DNA from: Malacoraja senta
Lineage: Eukaryota
NCBI GenBank assembly: GCA_038087875.1
Contig: JAXLNO010000529.1
Coordinates: 248,001-312,000 of the forward strand
Reading direction: 5' to 3'
DNA length: 64,000 bases
Each line of letters begins with the position of its first letter. Positions within the stretch are counted from its first letter, which is position 1. The notes under the pieces were generated by a model. It had not been told where the DNA came from. It worked only from the letters and a program-made list of their open reading frames with translations, and did no database searches. Shown here in pieces: positions 59,901 to 64,000 of this stretch. The position numbers and the translations under genes were made by a program.

Positions 59901-62900
59901 ACTGTGGGGACTGTGTGGGACTGTGGGGACTGTGGGGACTGTGTGGGACTGTGGGGACTGTGGGACTGTGTTGGACTGTGGGGACTGTGGGACTGTGTGG
60001 GGACTGTGGGGGACTGTGGGGACTGTGGGACTGTGTGGGACTGTGTGGCTGTGGGGACTGTGTGGGACTGTGGGACTGTGTAGGGACTGTGGGGCTGTGT
60101 GGGACTGTGGGGAATGTGTGGGGACTGTGGGACTGTGGGGACTGTGGGGTCTGTGGGACTGTGTGGGGACTGTGGGACTGTGTGGGGACTGTGGGACAGT
60201 GGGGACTGTGTGGGACTGTGGGACTGTGTGGGAACTGTGGGACTGTGTGGGGACTGTGGGACTGTGGGGACTGTGTGGGACTGTGGACTGTGTGGGGACT
60301 GTGGGACTGTGTGGGGACTGTGGGACTGTGTGGGGACTGTGGGGACTGTGTGGGACTGTGTGGGGACTGTGTGGGACTGTGTGGGGATGTGGGACTGTGG
60401 GACTGTGTGGGACTGTGGGGGAATGTGGGGGACTGTGGGGACTGTGGGGACTGTGGGGGAATGTGGGACTGTGGGGGACTGTGTGGACTGTGGGGGAATG
60501 TGGGACTGTGGGGGACTGTGCGACTGTGGGGGAATGTGGGGACTGTGGGGGCTGTGGGGAATGTGGGGGACTGTGGGACTGTGGGGGACTGTGCGACTGT
60601 CGGGGAATGTGGGACTGTGGGGACTGTGTGGGGACTGTGTGGGGACTGTGGGGACTGTGGGGACTGTGGGGGAATGTGGGACTGTGGGGGACTGTGGGGA
60701 CTGTGTGGGACTGTGGGGGACTGTGGGACTGTGGGACTGTGTGGGGACTGTGGGGGACTGTGGGACTGTGGGGACTGTGTGGGACTGTGTGGGGACTGTG
60801 GGACTGTGGGACTGTCGGAGACTGTGGGACTGTGGGGACTGTGTGGGGACTGTGGGGGCTGTGGGGACTGTGGGGACTGTGTGGGGACTCTGGGACTGTG
60901 TGGGGACTGTGGGGACTGTGGGGGCTGTGTGGGGACTGTGGGACTGTGGGACTGTGTGTGGACTGTGGAACTGTGTGGGGACTGTGGGGACTGTGGGACT
61001 GTGGGGACTGTGGGACTGTGTGGGACTGTGGGGACTGTGTGTGGGACTGTGGGACTGTGTGGGGACTGTGGGGACTGTGTGGGGACTGTGGGGACTGTGT
61101 GGGGACTGTGGGGACTGTGGGACTGTGTGGACTGTGTGTGGGACTGTGTGGGACTGTGGGGACTGTGTGGGGACTGTGTGGGACTGTGGGACTGTGTGGG
61201 ACTGTGTGGGGACTGTGGGGACTGTGTGGGACTGTGGGGGACTGTGGGACTGTGGGGGACTGTGGGGACTGTGTGGGACTGTGGGGACTGTGGGGACTGT
61301 GTGGGACTGTGGGGAATGTGTGGGACTGTGGGGACTGTGTGGGACTGTGTGGGACTGTGGGGGACTGTGTGGGACTGTGGGACTGTGTGGGACTGTGGGG
61401 ACTGTGTGGGACTGTGGGGACTGTGTGGGACTGTGGGGACTGTGTGGGGCTGTGGGGACTGTGTGGGACTGTGTGGGACTGTGGGGGACTGTGGGGACTG
61501 TGGGGACTGTGTGGGACTGTGGGGACTGTGTGGGACTGTGGGGGACTGTGGCGGACTGTGTGGGAACTGTGGGGACTGTGGGGACTGTGTGGGACTGTGT
61601 GGGGCTGTGGGGACTGTGTGGGACTGTGGGGACTGTGTGGGACTGTGTGGGACTGTGGGGACTGTGTGGGGACTGTGTGGGACTGTGGGGACTATGTGGG
61701 ACTGTGTGGGACTGTGGGGGACTGTGTGGGACTGTGTGGGGACTGTGTGGGACTGTGGGGGACTGTGGGACTGTGTGGGACTGTGTGGGACTGTGTGGGA
61801 CTGTGTGGGGACTGTGTGGGGACTGTGGGGACTGTGTGGGGACTGTGGGGGCCTGTGGGGACTGTGGGGTTGTGGGGACTGTGGGCACTGTGGGGACTGT
61901 GGGGGACTGTGGGGACTGTGGGGTTGTGGGGACTGTGGGGACTGTGGGGTTGTGGGGACTGTGGGCACTGTGGGCACTGTGGGGACTGTGGGGACTGTGG
62001 GGTTGTGGGGACTGTGGGCTCTGTGGGCACTGTGGGGGACTGTGGGGTTGTGGGGACTGTGGGGACTGTGGGGTTGTGGGGACTGTGGGCACTGTGGGGA
62101 CTGTGGGGACTGTCGGGACTGTGGGGTTGTGGGGACTGTGGGCACTGTGGGGGACTGTGGGGACTGTGGGGTTGTGGGGACTGTGGGGACTGGGGGACTG
62201 TGGGACTTGGGGGAATGTGGGCACTGTGGGGTTGTGGGACTGTGGGGGCTGTGGGACTTTGGGGGTTGTGGGACGGTGGGGACTGTGGGCACTGTGGGAC
62301 TGTGGGGTTGGGGGACTGTGGGGGACTGTGGGGTTGTGGGGACTGTGGGCACTGTGGGGTTGTGGGCACTGTGGGGGACTGTGGGGGCCTGTGGGAGTGT
62401 GGGGGCTGTGGGCACTGTGGGGACTGTGGGGACTGTGGGGGACTGTGGGGACTGTGGGCACTGTGGGGACTGTGGGGGCCTGTGGGATTGTGGGGGCTGT
62501 GGGGTTGTGGGCAATGTGGGGGCTGTGGGCACTATGGGGACTGTGGGGTTGTGGGCACTGTGGGGACTGTGGGGACTGTGGGGGCCTGTGGGACTGTGGG
62601 ACTGTGTGGGGACTGTGTGGGACTGTGTGGGGACTGTGGGACTGTGTTGGACTGTGGGGACTATGGGACTGTGTGGGACTGTGTGGGGACTGTGGGGGAC
62701 TGTGGGGACTGTGGGACTGTGTGGGACTGTGTGGGGACTGTGTGGGGACTGTGGGGACTGTGGGGGCCTGTGGGGACTGTGGGGTTGTGGGGACTGTGGG
62801 CACTGTGGGGACTGTGGGGGACTGTGGGGACTGTGGGGTTGTGGGGACTGTGGGGACTGTGGGGTTGTGGGGACTGTGGGCACTGTGGGCACTGTGGGGA

Positions 62901-64000
62901 CTGTGGGGTTGTGGGGACTGTGGGCTCTGTGGGGGACTGTGGGGTTGTGGGGGACTGTGGGGACTGTGGGGTTGTGGGGACTGTGGGCACTGTGGGGACT
63001 GTGGGGGACTGTCGGGACTGTGGGGTTGTGGGGACTGTGGGCACTGTGGGGGACTGTGGGGTTGTGGGGACTGTGGGGTTGTGGGGCCTGTCGGGACTGT
63101 GGGGGACTGTGGGGGCCTGTGGGGACTGTGGGGTTGTGGGGTTGTGGGGACTGTGGGGTTGTGGGGACTGTGGGGACTGGGGGACTGTGGGACTTGGGGG
63201 AATGTGGGCACTGTGGGGTTGTGGGACTGTGGGGGCTGTGGGACTTTGGGGGTTGTGGGACGGTGGGGACTGTGGGCACTGTGCGACTGTGGGGTTGGGG
63301 GACTGTGGGGACTGTGGGGTTGTGGGGACTGTGGGCACTGTGGGGTTGTGGGCACTGTGGGGGACTGTGGGGGCCTGTGGGAGTGTGGGGGCTGTGGGCA
63401 CTGTGGGGACTGTGGGGACTGTGGGGGACTGTGGGCACTGTGGGGACTGTGGGGACTGTGGGGGCCTGTGGATTGTGGGGGCTGTGGGGGCTGTGGGGTT
63501 GTGGGCAATGTGGGGGCTGTGGGGGCTGTGGGCACTATGGGGACTGTGGGGTTGTGGGCACTGTGGGGACTGTGGGGACTGTGGGGGGCTGTGGGACTGT
63601 GGGACTGTGTGGGGACTGTGTGGGACTGTGTGGGGACTGTGGGACTGTGTTGGACTGTGGGGACTGTGGGACTGTGTGGGACTGTGTGGGGACTGTGGGG
63701 GACTGTGGGGACTGTGGGACTGTGTGGGACTGTGTGGGGACTGCGGGGGACTGTGGGGGACTGTGTGTACTGGGGGGCTGTGGGACTGTGGGACTGTGTG
63801 GGGACTGTGGGGCTGTGTGGGGACTGTGGGACTGTGTGGGGACTGTGGGGACTGTGTGGGGACTGTGGGACTGTGTGGGGACTGTGGGACTGTGGGACTG
63901 TGGGGCTGTGTGGGGACTGTGGGGACTGTGGGACTGTGGGGACTGTGGGGACTGTGGGACTGTGTGGGGACTGTGTGGGGAATGTGGGGAATGAGGGACT
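41948..64000. repeat. G-rich satellite of 8-11-bp units (GGGACTGT, GGGGACTGT, GGGACTGTGT, GGGGACTGTGT), >22 kb
   Basis: Continuous array to the window end; rare variants recur at kilobase periods. Confidence 0.98.

Noticed and set aside
41606..63994. Very long Gly/Cys/Trp-rich and Pro/His/Ser-rich ORFs (up to 2213 aa) resembling keratin-associated, metallothionein or mucin proteins
   Set aside because: They are translations of a stop-poor satellite, open in many frames on both strands, and the 8/10/11-bp units do not preserve frame.
41948..64000. Immunoglobulin switch region, RSS array or telomere
   Set aside because: No AGCT-rich motifs, no nonamers, no V/J/C exons and no TTAGGG repeats.

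Overview
Repeat-dense vertebrate genomic DNA. The repeat families (CR1 LINEs, Rex1/Babar LINEs, tRNA-derived V-SINE/HE1-like SINEs, Penelope-derived hairpins) point to a cartilaginous fish, probably a skate or ray; this is an inference. I recognise no intact host gene. Bases 1-41.7 kb are nested retroelement debris. They include two different class I endogenous retrovirus remnants on the minus strand: ERV-A (443-bp LTR, tRNA-Pro PBS, gag remnant; 8.8-10.0 kb) and ERV-B (RNase H-integrase, env, PPT and a putative ~1.54-kb 3' LTR; 15.4-20.6 kb). This part also holds a ~1.95-kb tandem duplication, YY1-motif arrays, hammerhead-like motifs in Penelope repeats, an unexplained three-copy ~150-bp element, minisatellites, an inverted pair of tRNA-Leu-like remnants and a 1.85-kb polypyrimidine tract. 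After a 200-N gap (41748-41947) the remainder is a >22-kb (GGGACTGT)n-type satellite with kilobase-scale higher-order duplications; its long ORFs are artefacts. Most element boundaries are read by eye and approximate.
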